64,000 bases of DNA from a virus. Shown one piece after another: positions 17,464 to 26,691 of this stretch. Position 1 is the first letter of the stretch. Each line of letters opens with the position of its first letter. The position numbers and the translations under genes are program-made. Location: positions 1-64,000 of the IMG/VR virus record IMGVR_UViG_3300027754_004232. The stretch is one strand, 5' to 3'. The notes below the pieces were generated by a model. It searched no databases. It worked only from the letters and a program-made list of their open reading frames with translations, and had not been told where the DNA came from.

Positions 17464-18387
17464 ATGTCTGAATTATCAAAACTTAGTGGTTGGGCAGGAA
17501 AAGATAATCCTTCGCTTGTTGAAAGTGAATTTAATCTAATTAAAGATGGTGGGTCATTTAGAGACTTTAATGTTTATGGCAAAAGCCAAGACACTAAAGG
17601 CAAAAAAATGATGCTATATGAAGTTGTTCGTAAAGTTCTTGGCAAAGATACTCCTAATTACGGACAAGAAATTGGTGATTGTGTTTCTTTTGGTGCTAAA
17701 AATGCAGTCGAATATTTAATGGCTACTGAAAAACTTATGAAAGGAGATAACGAAAAGTTTGAATTTGTATTTCCTCCGTATCTTTATGGAACAGGAAGAG
17801 TTCTTATTGGTCGTGGACAACTTAATGGTGAAGATGGTTCTCTCGGTAGCTGGATGGCAGATGCTGTTATTAAGTATGGTGTTCTTCGTAGTAATTTTGA
17901 TGGTCTTCCTAAGTATGCTGGAAGCGTAGCTAAAAAATGGGGTGATACTCCTGGTCCAGACAAGAAATTTATTGAAGAAGGAACTAAGCATCCAGTAAAA
18001 TCTGCTGCTCAAATTAAAAATTGGGATCAATTAGTAGAGGCTATTGTAAATGGTTACCCTTGCACAACCGCTAGTGATGTTGGCTATACGATGACACCAG
18101 CTAACGATGGTTTCCATCGTCAAACAGATAATTGGGGTCACCAAATGTGCTTTATAGGCGTTGATGATAGGGCTGATGATCCATATGCTATTATTGTTAA
18201 CAGTTGGGCCGATGCTCACGGAGAACTTAAAGACTTTGATACTGGCGAAGTCCTTCCTATTGGCACTCTTAGAGTTAGAAAAAAAGATGCAGAAAAGCAT
18301 CTTAGGGCTGGCGAAACCTTTGCCTATAGTAATTTTGACGGATTTCCAGAACAGTTGATAGATAAAAAGTTGTTTATGCTTATATAG
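17464..18387 (+). CDS. Papain-like (C1) cysteine peptidase
   Basis: QEIGDCVSFG (oxyanion Gln, catalytic Cys), WGHQM (His), IVNSW (Asn). Confidence 0.8.
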   Translation: MSELSKLSGWAGKDNPSLVESEFNLIKDGGSFRDFNVYGKSQDTKGKKMMLYEVVRKVLGKDTPNYGQEIGDCVSFGAKNAVEYLMATEKLMKGDNEKFEFVFPPYLYGTGRVLIGRGQLNGEDGSLGSWMADAVIKYGVLRSNFDGLPKYAGSVAKKWGDTPGPDKKFIEEGTKHPVKSAAQIKNWDQLVEAIVNGYPCTTASDVGYTMTPANDGFHRQTDNWGHQMCFIGVDDRADDPYAIIVNSWADAHGELKDFDTGEVLPIGTLRVRKKDAEKHLRAGETFAYSNFDGFPEQLIDKKLFMLI

Positions 18388-18396
18388 GATTTAAAA

Positions 18397-19170
18397 ATGT
18401 CTAAAACAATTACACCTGATTGGTCTAATTTTTTAAATAGATTAAATCAAAGCAAGTCATCTGATTTGAATTACGAGAACTTTTTAAATTGGCAAGTAAT
18501 ACGAGATACAATGTTTGTTTGTGATTCAAGTTTTCATTCTATCGAGTTAGAACATTTAAAAAAAACAAATGACTGGCAAAGATGGGAATCTGCAATACAA
18601 GAATCTCCAATTGGAAATCCCAAAAGAAGTAAATTATATCCTACTTCTAGTGAAAACTTAGTGCATCACGCTTATCATCTATCTTTTTTTGAAAACTCCA
18701 CAAAATTAAAGATAAACGAATTTGATACAGTATTAGAATTTGGTGGTGGATACGGAAGTATGTGTAGACTTTTTAGAAATTTAAATTACGATAAAGATTA
18801 TTACATATATGACATACCAGAATTTTTAGATCTTCAAAAAAACTATTTAGACAAATTAAACTTTGATTGTAATTATTTTTCTGGAGATGATTTAAATAAA
18901 TTTAATTTTAAAGGTAAAAAGTTATTTATTGCTACATGGTCATTAAGTGAAAGTCCAAAAGATTTAATTAATGAAACACTAGAAAAAATAAAAAACTTTG
19001 ATGCTTTTTTAATTTGTTTTCATAAAGATTATTCAAATGGGGATAATGTTAAATACTTTAATGATTTTGCACTCAAGAACAAAGAAGTATCTTTTACATT
19101 AACTCCAATATTTTTCTTGTCTGATAGTTACTATTTTATAGGTAAAAAAACAATTGAGGATTCAATATGA
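18397..19170 (+). CDS. Putative sugar O-methyltransferase
   Basis: VLEFGGGYGSMCR, YDIPE...LQKNYL, FIATWSLSE. Confidence 0.75.
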   Translation: MSKTITPDWSNFLNRLNQSKSSDLNYENFLNWQVIRDTMFVCDSSFHSIELEHLKKTNDWQRWESAIQESPIGNPKRSKLYPTSSENLVHHAYHLSFFENSTKLKINEFDTVLEFGGGYGSMCRLFRNLNYDKDYYIYDIPEFLDLQKNYLDKLNFDCNYFSGDDLNKFNFKGKKLFIATWSLSESPKDLINETLEKIKNFDAFLICFHKDYSNGDNVKYFNDFALKNKEVSFTLTPIFFLSDSYYFIGKKTIEDSI

Positions 19171-20057
19171 CAGATAAATCTGAAGGTTTACAATATGGAA
19201 AACCAGACAAGGATGATCCAAGGAAAACTCCAGCAAAACCAGAAGAAAAAAAAGGGGGTTCTAAAAAAAACCCAAAAGACTCTGCAAATAAACCAAATAA
19301 AAGTATAGAGCTATCTAAAGAAACCGAAGATAAAATTAAAGCTTTAATGCAAAAACATAACGATAAAGATTCAGAATTTAAAGCTAACATGGGTCAATTA
19401 AAATCTGTTTTTAGAAGAGGTGCTGGAGCATTTTCTACTAGTCATGCACCAAACATGAATAGAACAGGATGGGGTTTGGCTAGGGTAAGAGCCTTTTTAT
19501 ATTTGCTTCGCAATAAAAGACCATCAAATCCAAATTATAAACAAGATAATGACCTGTTACCAGATGCTCATCCAAAAAGCACAAAAAAATCTTCAGCATC
19601 TTATCTGTACGAAGAAATTGAATATTCTGAATTTTTAAATTCTATTAAAGACATAATAGTTAAAAACAAAGAAAGAACTAAAGCCTTTTTAGATATTGAA
19701 AAGTATTTTACTAAATCTGCTGAAAGCTATGATGCCCCACAGTCAGCAAGAAATAACGCAAGAAAAGTTTTAGAATGGAAAGAAAAATACGGAAAAGAAT
19801 GCAAAGGCATGACTGCTGTTGGTTGGGCAAGAGCTAGAGACTTGGCTGGAAATGCTATGCTGTCTGCCGATACAGTTAAAAGAATGTCTCAATTTAATAG
19901 ACATGGATCTAATTATGAAAAAGCAAAATCTAAACCAGAATATAAAACTAAACCTTGGAGTATTCCAGCAGTGGTTGCATGGTTAGGGTGGGGTGGAACA
20001 TCTGGTATTGAATGGGCAATGAGAACAAGTGAATCTATTTTAAAAAAGAAGAAGTAA
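19167..20057 (+). CDS. Two-domain basic phage protein (DUF5824-like domain plus a second conserved phage domain)
   Basis: LKSVFRRGAGAFSTSH...WGLARVRAF; ARNNARKVLEW...GWARARDLA...TVKRMSQFNRH...WLGWGG. Confidence 0.55.
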   Translation: MTDKSEGLQYGKPDKDDPRKTPAKPEEKKGGSKKNPKDSANKPNKSIELSKETEDKIKALMQKHNDKDSEFKANMGQLKSVFRRGAGAFSTSHAPNMNRTGWGLARVRAFLYLLRNKRPSNPNYKQDNDLLPDAHPKSTKKSSASYLYEEIEYSEFLNSIKDIIVKNKERTKAFLDIEKYFTKSAESYDAPQSARNNARKVLEWKEKYGKECKGMTAVGWARARDLAGNAMLSADTVKRMSQFNRHGSNYEKAKSKPEYKTKPWSIPAVVAWLGWGGTSGIEWAMRTSESILKKKK

Positions 20058-20059
20058 TA

Positions 20060-20251
20060 ATGTTAAATCTAATTCTTTTTTTGTTGTTTGATCAGACTAT
20101 AAGCAAAGAGCAATTTGTTTTAATAGAAAAAGATTCTATTTCATTTTCTAAGCTTATAGATCAATTATCAAAATCAAAACCAAAAATAGCATTACCAGTA
20201 ACCATAAATGCAAACCGAGAAGAATGCTTTACTTGACGGAGAAGAAAATAA
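20060..20251 (+). CDS. Small protein with hydrophobic N-terminus, ending CFT-TGA-RRRK-TAA (candidate CxxU selenoprotein; 58 aa if TGA at 20234-20236 is the stop)
   Basis: Manual translation; TAA at 20249-20251 overlaps the next ATG; GGTC-loop hairpin at 20251-20262. Confidence 0.5.
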
Positions 20252-20601
20252 TGCGGTCGCATAAAAAAATACAAGAAATATTAGAAAAATCAGAAACACT
20301 TAAAAAGTATGATTCTGTTGGTATTTTAACAATAATTATGATCGTTAGTCTTATATTTGAGGGCATAAAAATAATACAGTATTGTAAGTCATCTAAGGTA
20401 ACGGCATTAATAATAAAAAAGGGCGGGCCAATTGTAAGAATGTTTATTAGAAAAAATCTATACAATAAAATAATCAAGGCAAATGTTCCAGAGAATGATG
20501 CTAGAATAATTTCTGACACAATAATTGAGCTTATACAGTCCTTATCTGTAAGCGAAATAATAAATCTTTTAGAGTTAGTTTATGCCGAATCCAAAAGTTA
20601 G
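20251..20601 (+). CDS. Membrane-anchored hypothetical protein
   Basis: TM segment VGILTIIMIVSLIFEGIKII; GGAG RBS. Confidence 0.55.
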   Translation: MRSHKKIQEILEKSETLKKYDSVGILTIIMIVSLIFEGIKIIQYCKSSKVTALIIKKGGPIVRMFIRKNLYNKIIKANVPENDARIISDTIIELIQSLSVSEIINLLELVYAESKS

Positions 20602-21319
20602 TTGTTATTGCCCAACTTATGGAAGAACGAGTTCTTTAGAAGAAGCTATCTATAGTTTCTTAAATCAAGACTATGATGGTGAAAAAGAATTAATAATATT
20701 AAATGATCTTGAAGATCAAACACTTTTTTTTGATCATCCAGAAGTAAAAATAATAAACTCTAAAGAAAGAATAACCCCTCTTGGCAAAAAATATAACGAA
20801 TGTATTTCACATTGTTCTGGAGAATACATTTTTGTTTGGGATGATGACGATATATTCCTTCCTTGGAAAATATCTTTTTCAATTAAAAACATAAATCAAA
20901 ATAAAATATTTCATACTGGACAAGGTTTTTATGAAGAAGAAATAAAAAAGCTATCTCTTTCTACAAATTTATTTCACTCAAATTTATGTATGCATAAAGA
21001 TTGTTGGGCAAAAACTAGCGGTTATCTTGAAGTAGATACAATAATATTAGATGTCAATCTTTTTAAAAAAATAAATAATTTATATGGGCAAAGCTCAAAA
21101 AAAATAAACGATGAAGAAATATTTTACATATACAGATGGTCAACCATAAAAAGTTATCATGGTTCATTTTATAAAGAAAATATAAGTTTAAAAACACAAG
21201 AAGTAGTAAAGCAAAAAATATTAAATAATTTAGAACCAATTGGTAACATTATACTTAAACCGCACTGGAAATATGATTATTTAGAAGCAAGAAACATTTG
21301 TTTGAAAAATAAAAAATAG
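20582..21319 (+). CDS. GT2 glycosyltransferase
   Basis: VSCYCPTYGR, FLNQDY, ELIILND, WDDDD. Confidence 0.85.
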   Translation: MPNPKVSCYCPTYGRTSSLEEAIYSFLNQDYDGEKELIILNDLEDQTLFFDHPEVKIINSKERITPLGKKYNECISHCSGEYIFVWDDDDIFLPWKISFSIKNINQNKIFHTGQGFYEEEIKKLSLSTNLFHSNLCMHKDCWAKTSGYLEVDTIILDVNLFKKINNLYGQSSKKINDEEIFYIYRWSTIKSYHGSFYKENISLKTQEVVKQKILNNLEPIGNIILKPHWKYDYLEARNICLKNKK

Positions 21320-21465
21320 ACTATTGCCATATCAAAAAAAATAAGTAAGAATCTCTTCTGTCTTATCATTGTTGTGGGTGTATTTATATCCGCTGGTAAT
21401 CGCCAGTATTACATACCTTTAGAGTTCCGCTTATCCTTGCGATCAGCAGGGAAGATGGGGTTTTT

Positions 21466-23757
21466 ATGTCTATTAAAGAATTGCAAAAATATACGGCTGT
21501 TTCTAAGTACGCTAGATGGATAGAGTCTGAAAAAAGACGAGAAACTTGGGATGAAAGCGTAGATAGAATAAAAGACATGATGATTGAAGTTAATCCTTCC
21601 TTGCATAAAGATATTGAAAAATATTATGGGATGATTAAAAATCAAAAAATATTAGGTTCACAAAGAGCATTGCAGTTTGGCGGTAAGCCAATCCTTAAGC
21701 ATAATGCAAGGATATTCAATTGTTCTGCTAGTTATTGCGATAGATTGAAGTTTTTTCAAGAGTGTTTTTACTTATTGCTGTGTGGGTCTGGAACTGGGTT
21801 TAGTGTACAAAAACATCATGTCGAGTTATTACCAAAGTTTTCATCCACTAGATTAGATCCAGAAACATGTTGCTATCAACATCTTATTCATAGAGTTGAA
21901 GATTCGATTGAAGGTTGGGCAGATGCTCTTGGCGTTCTTCTTTCTTCATACTTTGAAACCCCAATAAAAGAATTTGAAAAATACAAAGATATTGAAGTTG
22001 GATTTAGTTATGTAGACATAAGAGAAAAGGGTTCTCCTTTGGGTTGTGGTATAGGTAATGCTCCAGGCTATGAACCACTAGAAAAAGCTTTAGAAAACAC
22101 TAGGGCTTTACTAAATAGATGTACTGCAAATGGGCAGACACAATTACGAACAATAGATGCATTTGATATAGTTATGTACGCTGCTGATGCTGTTATCTCT
22201 GGCGGTGTTCGTAGGTCTGCAACCATAGCTCTATTCTCTGCTGATGATGAATTGATGATTAATGCAAAAACTGGCGATTGGTACTTTACTAATCCACAAA
22301 GGGCTAGAGCAAACATCTCTGCATTACTCCACAGGAAAGATACCTCCAAAGAAGTATTTGAAAATCTCTTTAAGGCAACAAAAGAGTTTGGCGAACCCGG
22401 ATTCTTCTTTGCTGATTATTATGATGTCTTATGCAATCCATGTTGTGAGATTTCATGGATAACTAGGCACTTTTATAAAAAGGGTAGTCCAGAACTGGCC
22501 GAAGCTTTGTCATTATATGAAGGACCAATAACGACAAAAGAGTCCTGCAAAGACGATATGCCAGAAGACGAAGTTGGTCTTTCTGGTTGGGGATTTTGCA
22601 ATTTATCAACCATTAATGGAAAAACAATAACATCAGAAGAAGACTTCTATGAAAGATGTGCTGCTGCTGCCTTTATTGGCACATTGCAAGCATCTTTTAC
22701 CAATTTCCCATACTTGGGTCATGTTACAGAACTTATCGCTCGTAAAGAGGCATTATTAGGCGTTTCAATTAATGGTATGCAGCATCACCCAAAAATACTA
22801 TTAAATCCAGAAATTCAGCAGAAAGGTGCTGAAATAGTGAAGAATACAAATAAAAAGTATGCATCTGTTTTAAACATAAACCCTGCTGCTAGAACAACTT
22901 GTGTCAAACCAGAAGGCAATTCTGCTGCTCTATTAGGTTCGACATCAGGTATTCATCCAGATCATAGTGGTAGGTACTTCCGTATTGTCCAAGCTAATCA
23001 GCTTGAATCTCCTTATCAGTATTTTAAAAGCATTAATCCTCAAGCTTGTGAAGAGTCTGTATGGTCATCAAATAAAACAGATGACTGCATAAGGTTTTGT
23101 GTGCAAACCCAAAAGGGAACAGTGCTTAAGGAAGAAATAGATGCTATATCTATGTTAGATAATGTTGTATCTACCTATAAGAATTGGGTAGTGTCTGGTA
23201 AAAATCCAGAGCTTTGCATTAGAAAAGAACTAAATCATAATGTATCTAATACAATACATGTTCAAGATAATGAATGGGATAAAGTAAAAGACTACATTTA
23301 TGATCATCGTGCAGATCTTGCTGGAATATCACTTATAGCTGCTACTGGAGATAAAGATTATAATCAAGCTCCATTCACAGCAGTTTATTCAATTGAAGAA
23401 CAAATAAAAAATTGGGGTTTTGAAGCTACATCTACTGCTTATGAAATTTATCCAAAATTTTCTGAGTATAACTTTAACTCTTTATGGGATGCGTGTTCTT
23501 GTGTTCTTGGTTATTTTGAACCAAAAGACGAAAAACAAGAAGAGTGGAAAAAATTAATTAAAACATATTCTGATCAGTGTTTTAGTTCCAATACAAAGTA
23601 TGCCACTTATGCACTTAAAGATGCTTACAATTTAGACTTATGGAATAAACTTATAGATAGTTATTCAGAAGTAAATTATTTAAATGTGTTGGAAGAAAAA
23701 TCTACAATAAATATACAAGGCGAACTAGCTTGTGCTGGCGGTGCGTGTTTAGTATGA
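21466..23757 (+). CDS. nrdJ: Class II (adenosylcobalamin-dependent) ribonucleotide reductase
   Basis: SKYARW, RETWDE, FNCS, GGVRRSA, GEPG, NPCCEI, FCNL, TTCVKPEG, C-terminal ACAGGAC; no beta subunit nearby. Confidence 0.9.
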   Translation: MSIKELQKYTAVSKYARWIESEKRRETWDESVDRIKDMMIEVNPSLHKDIEKYYGMIKNQKILGSQRALQFGGKPILKHNARIFNCSASYCDRLKFFQECFYLLLCGSGTGFSVQKHHVELLPKFSSTRLDPETCCYQHLIHRVEDSIEGWADALGVLLSSYFETPIKEFEKYKDIEVGFSYVDIREKGSPLGCGIGNAPGYEPLEKALENTRALLNRCTANGQTQLRTIDAFDIVMYAADAVISGGVRRSATIALFSADDELMINAKTGDWYFTNPQRARANISALLHRKDTSKEVFENLFKATKEFGEPGFFFADYYDVLCNPCCEISWITRHFYKKGSPELAEALSLYEGPITTKESCKDDMPEDEVGLSGWGFCNLSTINGKTITSEEDFYERCAAAAFIGTLQASFTNFPYLGHVTELIARKEALLGVSINGMQHHPKILLNPEIQQKGAEIVKNTNKKYASVLNINPAARTTCVKPEGNSAALLGSTSGIHPDHSGRYFRIVQANQLESPYQYFKSINPQACEESVWSSNKTDDCIRFCVQTQKGTVLKEEIDAISMLDNVVSTYKNWVVSGKNPELCIRKELNHNVSNTIHVQDNEWDKVKDYIYDHRADLAGISLIAATGDKDYNQAPFTAVYSIEEQIKNWGFEATSTAYEIYPKFSEYNFNSLWDACSCVLGYFEPKDEKQEEWKKLIKTYSDQCFSSNTKYATYALKDAYNLDLWNKLIDSYSEVNYLNVLEEKSTINIQGELACAGGACLV

Positions 23758-23852
23758 TAAGAACCAGTTTGAAAAGATCAAAAAGGTGTTCTTGCAGGAT
23801 TAAGAAATTGAAAAAGGAAAAAAGGAAAAATGCCAAAAAGAGGAACGCTTAA
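23754..23852 (+). CDS. Possible tiny highly basic peptide (32 aa)
   Basis: ATGA overlap with the nrdJ stop; MIRTSLKRSKRCSCRIKKLKKEKRKNAKKRNA. Confidence 0.3.
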   Translation: MIRTSLKRSKRCSCRIKKLKKEKRKNAKKRNA

Positions 23853-24699
23853 GGTATTTGGTGCTCCATTCAATACTGAGTATTCAAGCTGCTCAAATAT
23901 TAAGCCAACATTATTTGATTGGACAAAAGAAGATTCAGATATAGAAGTCTTTATAGACTATTCTATAATGCAAGAATCATTTTCTATTCCAAAAAAACCA
24001 TCTGTACTCAGAGTTGGCTGGTTATGTGAATCTACTACTATTTATGGAAATCTCTACGAACACATAAAATACAATTACAAACATATATTCTCTTCCTTAG
24101 ACTTTATATTCACATCTGATAAGTATCTCTTATCATTAGATTCAAGGTTTAAATTTGCTTATTCTTGCAGCAACATACCTTGGACACCAAGAGAACTTTG
24201 GGGCATTTACCCAAAAACAAAAAAGTGCTCAATGATTTGTTCTAATAAAAAATCTTGCAAAGAACATCTATATAGACATGCTGTTGCTGAAATATATAAA
24301 GATAAAGTTGATATTTATGGTGGTGCTTTTAATTCTCCGTACACTGGAGAAAAATACGATAACTTTTACAGAAAAGAAAACGCATTAAAAGACTACATGT
24401 TTTCTATAGTAATACAAAATAATTTTAATTCTTATTTTTTTGCTGAATTGTTAACCGATTGTTTTGCATATGGAACTGTACCAATATATTTAGGAAGTTC
24501 AGAAATAGGAAGTTTTTTTGATGAAAAGGGAATAATACAATACCAAGGAGGATTTGATGTTGGTACTTTAAATGAGGAATTGTATAATAGCAAAATGGAT
24601 GCAATAAATAATAATCTCGAAAAGATAAAATTAATGCCAATGTCTGATGACTATCTATATCAACAATGCACTAATATATATAGGGGTAATCATGAATGA
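23830..24699 (+). CDS. GT10 (alpha-1,3-fucosyltransferase-like) glycosyltransferase
   Basis: CSMICSNK, K..ALKDYMFSIVIQN...YFFAELLTDCFAYGTVPIYLG. Confidence 0.7.
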   Translation: MPKRGTLKVFGAPFNTEYSSCSNIKPTLFDWTKEDSDIEVFIDYSIMQESFSIPKKPSVLRVGWLCESTTIYGNLYEHIKYNYKHIFSSLDFIFTSDKYLLSLDSRFKFAYSCSNIPWTPRELWGIYPKTKKCSMICSNKKSCKEHLYRHAVAEIYKDKVDIYGGAFNSPYTGEKYDNFYRKENALKDYMFSIVIQNNFNSYFFAELLTDCFAYGTVPIYLGSSEIGSFFDEKGIIQYQGGFDVGTLNEELYNSKMDAINNNLEKIKLMPMSDDYLYQQCTNIYRGNHE

Positions 24700-24934
24700 G
24701 TCATTTCAAAATGGTGATGTTGTTTCTTTAAAATCTGGAAGTATGCCAATGACTGTTGTTAATACAAATAAAGAAACTGGTGAAATTTTAGTTGCTTATT
24801 TTGACTTAGATGCAAATGTTATGCGTGATGGTTTTCCACCAGAAGCACTTGAGTTTACTCATGATTCTTGGAAAATGAAGTATTGTGTTGATTTGCATGA
24901 AGATGACGATGACGAAGAAGAAAGTGGTTTTTGA
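24692..24934 (+). CDS. YodC/DUF2158-like protein
   Basis: FQNGDVVSLKSGSMPMTV...FPPEAL. Confidence 0.75.
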   Translation: MNESFQNGDVVSLKSGSMPMTVVNTNKETGEILVAYFDLDANVMRDGFPPEALEFTHDSWKMKYCVDLHEDDDDEEESGF

Positions 24935-24935
24935 T

Positions 24936-25301
24936 ATGCCAACCTATGAATACATATGTGAAAATTGCAACAACTCAACAGAAGAATTTCGTACTTTTGC
25001 ACAAGGGCATTTAGAAAAATGTCCAACTTGCAAAAAAAATAAATTAATTCAAGTATTTTCTGGTGGAATAATTAGTTATGTCAAAGGTGGAGAAACATTG
25101 GGTCAAATAAGCGATCAAAATTTTAAAAGAGAAGGAGGAAAAATAAAAGAAAAGATTGCAAAGGAAAAAGAAGAAGCAGACAATAAGCTTCCTTGGTGGA
25201 GATCTGGAAAAATAAAAGGTCTTGAAAAGCAAGACAAAATATTAAATGTTGATAAGATCAAGAATATTAGGAAATATATAGACAAAGGAGAAAAAAAATG
25301 A
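24936..25301 (+). CDS. FmdB-family zinc-ribbon protein
   Basis: MPTYEYICENC...CPTC. Confidence 0.8.
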   Translation: MPTYEYICENCNNSTEEFRTFAQGHLEKCPTCKKNKLIQVFSGGIISYVKGGETLGQISDQNFKREGGKIKEKIAKEKEEADNKLPWWRSGKIKGLEKQDKILNVDKIKNIRKYIDKGEKK

Positions 25302-25648
25302 GCAAGTTAAAACAAGAAGACGAAAAAGAAAAACCAAAAGAAGGTTTAATAGATGGGGGGCATGTAATTATAAAGTGTAGTAATTGCAATAAGCCATTAG
25401 TAGATGTTTTGATCGTAAAGCCAAACGAAAAAAAAAGTGACGGAACACCATTTATTTGGAAGTGTGTAGCAGAATGTTGTTATTGTAACGACAAAAGTTT
25501 TGTTACAGAAATAAAAGGAATATTTCGTGCTGCTGGATTTATTGTTGAAAACAAAGAAAATTCAGAACTTTATACTGAAATTACAAATTTAGATGATATT
25601 GTAATTGATGAAGATAATATTTTATTTAAAACATCTAGGAGAAAATAA
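25298..25648 (+). CDS. Zinc-binding hypothetical protein
   Basis: CSNC and CCYC. Confidence 0.55.
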   Translation: MSKLKQEDEKEKPKEGLIDGGHVIIKCSNCNKPLVDVLIVKPNEKKSDGTPFIWKCVAECCYCNDKSFVTEIKGIFRAAGFIVENKENSELYTEITNLDDIVIDEDNILFKTSRRK

Positions 25649-25992
25649 TGGAAATTTATGATGATCCAGAAATAAAATCATATGGATATGATAAAGATGC
25701 AAACGATATAGACCCTAACGAATCTTTTTGTTTGGCTAAAAAATCATTAGATATAATCAATAATACCTATTCATATTGGGTTAAGATGTGTCTTTCATCT
25801 TTTAGCCCAAGCAAATTATTTGATCCCGAAACAGACCTTGTTGAAGAGTTAAGAAGGTTTGACAACTATACTGGTAAAAACAAATATCATTACAGAAAAG
25901 TTAGTGAAGAATGTTTTAATCATTATATTTCATATCTTACAACAAAAAAAACATCTTTCATCAGAAATGCAGATAGGAGTGCCATAGCATGA
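25648..25992 (+). CDS. Hypothetical protein
   Basis: TAATG-coupled, AGGAG RBS. Confidence 0.55.
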   Translation: MEIYDDPEIKSYGYDKDANDIDPNESFCLAKKSLDIINNTYSYWVKMCLSSFSPSKLFDPETDLVEELRRFDNYTGKNKYHYRKVSEECFNHYISYLTTKKTSFIRNADRSAIA

Positions 25993-26276
25993 AAAACAAG
26001 AAATTTGTTATTGACGAAGTTAAAGAGTTTTATATAAAATCAAACTCACACTTACAAACAATTGAATCTATAGCAGAAAAGGTTGGTGCTAAGATTGAAG
26101 ATATTAAAGAACTGTATGATTCTTCAAAAACTAAAGCATCGAATGCATTTCAAATTCATAGTGGAACAGTTTCTATGACTGAAAAACAAGGCGTTGCAGA
26201 TGATATGAGTGCTAAAAAAGATAATATTAACCATGAATTCTTAGATAGATATAAGAATACAAGGCATAAAATATGA
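25989..26276 (+). CDS. Hypothetical protein (possible HTH)
   Basis: Coupled ORF. Confidence 0.5.
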   Translation: MKNKKFVIDEVKEFYIKSNSHLQTIESIAEKVGAKIEDIKELYDSSKTKASNAFQIHSGTVSMTEKQGVADDMSAKKDNINHEFLDRYKNTRHKI

Positions 26277-26689
26277 TTTGCACTAAAGAAGACGATTTTA
26301 TTTTTGAAAAGCCTAGATGGATAGCTGTACTATCTGATGGTACAAAAGTTTATCAAGATGATGATAGGCCAAATTTAGAAATAAACTCTGCTTGGATTAG
26401 ATTAAAAAAACACATAATTACTACTGGATTAAAGATTACAAAGCTTTACTTTCAGTTTAGATCTAATTTTTTTGAACCTTTTCCAGAAAACTCACAAGGT
26501 TATTATTTTTCAAATGGGGTTATTGGACAGTTGTCATCTGACTATTCCATAAATCTTTTTGTTTCTGGCGAAATAGTTGGCAATGTTGCACGAATAAAGA
26601 GTATAAAAGTTCCTGAGTTAATTGTAATAAATGAAGAAGATAGGATCTTAGAAAATCTTTCTATAGATCCAGTAATAATGAATGATTAA
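26273..26689 (+). CDS. Hypothetical protein
   Basis: Coupled ORF. Confidence 0.55.
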   Translation: MICTKEDDFIFEKPRWIAVLSDGTKVYQDDDRPNLEINSAWIRLKKHIITTGLKITKLYFQFRSNFFEPFPENSQGYYFSNGVIGQLSSDYSINLFVSGEIVGNVARIKSIKVPELIVINEEDRILENLSIDPVIMND

Positions 26690-26691
26690 TT

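Noticed and set aside
21320-21465. Cobalamin riboswitch upstream of nrdJ
   Set aside because: Only a GGGAAG is present; there is no B12 box or conserved core and the leader is short.
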